Positions 61,638 through 64,000 of a stretch of DNA of 64,000 nucleotides are shown here, piece after piece. The notes under the pieces were generated by a model. The model had not been told where the DNA came from. It was given only the letters and a program-made list of their open reading frames with translations, and ran no database searches. A program made the translations under genes and the position numbers. Origin of the DNA: Gammaproteobacteria bacterium (lineage in GTDB: Bacteria > Pseudomonadota > Gammaproteobacteria > Ga0077536); assembly GCA_963662545.2 (NCBI GenBank), contig CAXXLL010000002.1, positions 128,001-192,000 of the forward strand, in the 5' to 3' direction. Every line of letters begins with the position of its first letter. The first letter of the stretch is position 1.

Positions 61638-61931
61638 TTGTCTCGTGTCCTGTATATGGCGTTCGCTATTTTCATGGCGGTGTGCGGACTCGCGTTTCAC
61701 GTGCGCAACGATCAGGAAATCGTTTTGAATTATTTTACGGGCAGTCTCCAAATCGAATTGTCCATCGTCGTCGTCGGTGCGCTCGTTGCCGGCGCGATTC
61801 TCGGCGTGCTTGCAATGACGGCCACCGTATTACGCCTCAGGCGCAATATCAGGCGTCTCTCCCGGCGAAATGAAATCGCGAACCGGGAGCTTTCGAGCTT
61901 GAGAGCCATATCGCTAAATGATGGCGGCTGA
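61638..61931 (+). CDS. lapA: LPS assembly protein LapA
   Basis: Two TM helices with N...LNYF loop and basic tail; ihfB-lapA-lapB-pyrF synteny. Confidence 0.8.
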   Translation: MSRVLYMAFAIFMAVCGLAFHVRNDQEIVLNYFTGSLQIELSIVVVGALVAGAILGVLAMTATVLRLRRNIRRLSRRNEIANRELSSLRAISLNDGG

Positions 61932-63105
61932 GTACCTTTTCGGTATCGTCGTTTTTCTGCTGCCGCTCGCCGCCGTCTCCGGATGGTATTTCGGCCGCAG
62001 GGGAAATCCGCCCGAAGCGGGGCGTAACGGCGTGTCAGGCATCCCATCGGACTATTTCCGTGGACTCAATTACCTGCTCAACGACCGGCCGGACAAAGCC
62101 ATCGAGGTTTTCATCAAGGTCCTGGAGGTCGAAAGTGAAACCGTGGAAACGCACCTCGCCTTGGGCAATCTGTTTCGGCGTCGCGGCGAAGTCGACCGGG
62201 CGATTCGCATTCACCAAAACCTGGTGTCGGAGCCGAGCCTGGATTTCGATCAACGCGCGCTCGCATTGCTCGAACTGGGTTTGGATTATATGCGTTCGGG
62301 TCTGCTTGACCGCGCTGAGAGCTTGTTCAAGGAATTACTCGATTCCGGTGCGCACCAGCGCCAGGCCATGGACCACTTGATCGATATTTACCAGCAGGAG
62401 CAGGACTGGGACAAGGCGCTCGAATATACAGGGCGCCTCGAGAAACTGGCCAACCGTAATTTAGGTGACGTGCGCGCGCATTTTTATTGCGAGCAAGCGG
62501 CGACGCAAATCGAAGAGGGCAACGTCGAGAATGCGAGCGATCTGTTGCGCCAGGCGATGCAGATGGACAAGAACTGCGTTCGCGCAAGCCTCATGCAGGC
62601 GCGAATCGCGATGACCGCGGGAGCATACGAGGCTGCGATCCGTCATCTCGAGGAAATCGAAAAGCAGAACCTGGCGTTTCTGCCCGAGGCGATCACTCCA
62701 CTGGTTGAAAGCTACCGGGCTTTGGATCGAATTGCCGACCTCGTGCGCTACCTCGAACGTTTAAGCGCGCTTCACGCCGGGATCACTCCGGTACTCGTAC
62801 TGGCCGAAGTCATGACGGAGCTGGGTAATGTCGAGGAGGCGAAAAAGCGCATTATCGACGAACTCAAGAACCGGCCGACTGTCCGGGGTATCGACCGATT
62901 GATCGATTATTCACTAACCGGCGCGGACGGTGAAACGAAGGAGAATCTCGTACTCCTCAAGGAACTCACGGCCAGCCTCATCGAGGAAAAGTCGAGCTAC
63001 ATGTGCGGAAACTGCGGATTTAAAGGACGCTCGCTGCACTGGCAGTGTCCCAGCTGTAAGCTCTGGAACTCGGTAAAACCGATCCACGGCATCGAGGGCG
63101 AATGA
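61921..63105 (+). CDS. lapB: LPS assembly protein LapB
   Basis: LLPLAA.SGW, YFRGLNYLL, ETHLALGNLFRRRGE.DRAIRIHQ, TPRs, C-terminal CxxCG...WQCPSC. Confidence 0.96.
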   Translation: MAAEYLFGIVVFLLPLAAVSGWYFGRRGNPPEAGRNGVSGIPSDYFRGLNYLLNDRPDKAIEVFIKVLEVESETVETHLALGNLFRRRGEVDRAIRIHQNLVSEPSLDFDQRALALLELGLDYMRSGLLDRAESLFKELLDSGAHQRQAMDHLIDIYQQEQDWDKALEYTGRLEKLANRNLGDVRAHFYCEQAATQIEEGNVENASDLLRQAMQMDKNCVRASLMQARIAMTAGAYEAAIRHLEEIEKQNLAFLPEAITPLVESYRALDRIADLVRYLERLSALHAGITPVLVLAEVMTELGNVEEAKKRIIDELKNRPTVRGIDRLIDYSLTGADGETKENLVLLKELTASLIEEKSSYMCGNCGFKGRSLHWQCPSCKLWNSVKPIHGIEGE

Positions 63106-63153
63106 GCCGACGCCGCAAGCGTTTGTGCGCCGATCACTACGCCATAGATTTAG

Positions 63154-63315
63154 GGAACCCCTGAATAGGTCATGGCCCATCTGCCTTGCCGATGAAATCG
63201 CGGAGCCTTACGTTACGAACCTTAGCCCTGGTCCCCACGATGGCCTGCGATTGGTGCCCTGATCTGCACCATTGCATGAACCATTCAAACGCACCATGAC
63301 TTATTCAGATGTTTC
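63154..63315 (+). mobile_element. 162-bp MITE copy 6 (lapB-pyrF), most degenerate
   Basis: Same body with mutated TIRs; direct repeat TTAG at 63150-63153 and 63316-63319. Confidence 0.9.
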
Positions 63316-63325
63316 TTAGGTTGCG

Positions 63326-64000
63326 ATGAACAGATCGTTTAAACCGGTGATCGTCGCCCTCGATTTCCCGAATCTGGATCTAGCGCTCACCTTAGCAGAC
63401 CAGCTCGATCCCGACGCTTGCCGCGTCAAAATTGGCAACGAACTATTCACGCGGGCCGGCCCGGGATCGGTTCGCACGCTGATCGAACGCGGTTTTGACG
63501 TTTTTCTCGATCTCAAGTTTCATGACATTCCCAACACGGTCGCGGGCGCCTGTCGCGCTGCGGCTGAATTGGGCTGCTGGATGATGAACGTGCACACCGG
63601 CGGCGGCGCCACCATGATGCAGGCGGCGCGGGAGGCGATTCACTGCGGCGATGGCCCACTTCTCATCGGCGTCACAGTTCTGACCAGCATGGGCGACGCG
63701 GCACTCGACGCGGTCGGCGTTCGACACTCTGCAATGGATCAAGCCTCGAGACTCGCGCGGCTGGCGGCTGACGCGGGACTCGATGGTGTCGTCTGCTCGC
63801 CGTTGGAGGTCGCCCATTTGCGCCGACAACGGGGCTTCGAGTTCAAACTCGTGACCCCTGGCGTCAGGCCGCTCGGATCGGCCCGGGGCGACCAGCAACG
63901 TATCGCGACGCCCACGGAGACCATCGCAGCCGGAGCTGATTACCTCGTCGTCGGTAGACCGCTGACAACCGCCGAGCATCCCGATGAGGTGCTGGCCATG
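63326..64000 (+). CDS. pyrF: Orotidine-5'-phosphate decarboxylase (3' end outside window; absent from the ORF track)
   Basis: Manual translation [15 protein letters not shown]...VKIG.ELF...[13 protein letters not shown]...GVTVLTS...LVTPGVRP...GDQQR...DYLVVGR. Confidence 0.96.
   Translation, partial: MNRSFKPVIVALDFPNLDLALTLADQLDPDACRVKIGNELFTRAGPGSVRTLIERGFDVFLDLKFHDIPNTVAGACRAAAELGCWMMNVHTGGGATMMQAAREAIHCGDGPLLIGVTVLTSMGDAALDAVGVRHSAMDQASRLARLAADAGLDGVVCSPLEVAHLRRQRGFEFKLVTPGVRPLGSARGDQQRIATPTETIAAGADYLVVGRPLTTAEHPDEVLAM

Overview
GC-rich gammaproteobacterial core-genome segment. It carries about 52 mostly housekeeping genes: dnaJ(3' part)-dapB-[GnnA-like dehydrogenase]-carAB-greA-rlmE-ftsH-glmM; dapC-dapD; leuB-asd-fimV-truA-trpFBA-accD-folC-dedD-cvpA-purF; 2-hydroxyacid dehydrogenase, Prx5, aromatic amino-acid decarboxylase, fhs; pyrG-kdsA-eno-ftsB-ispDF; tas-purB-hyp-secretinN-purL-smr; rnt; mtaD/mtnA; gyrA-pheA-tyrA-aroA-cmk-rpsA-ihfB-lapAB-pyrF(5' part). 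I saw no tRNA, rRNA, CRISPR array, prophage, integrase or transposase. The unexplained structure is intergenic. There are six copies of a 162-bp non-autonomous inverted-repeat element (MITE) with 22-bp TIRs (GGAACCTCTGAATAAGTCATGG, resembling IS5 ends) and 4-bp TA-containing target duplications, all at junctions between co-directional genes. Two copies landed inside coding sequence and now supply the stop codons of dapC and leuB; the pre-insertion alleles can be rebuilt exactly, including a lost dapC/dapD ATGA overlap. At least four other small palindromic or TIR elements with YTAR-like flanks occur, one containing a nested end of the 162-bp element. Gene calls are by motif recognition from the translated sequence; no database search was run.
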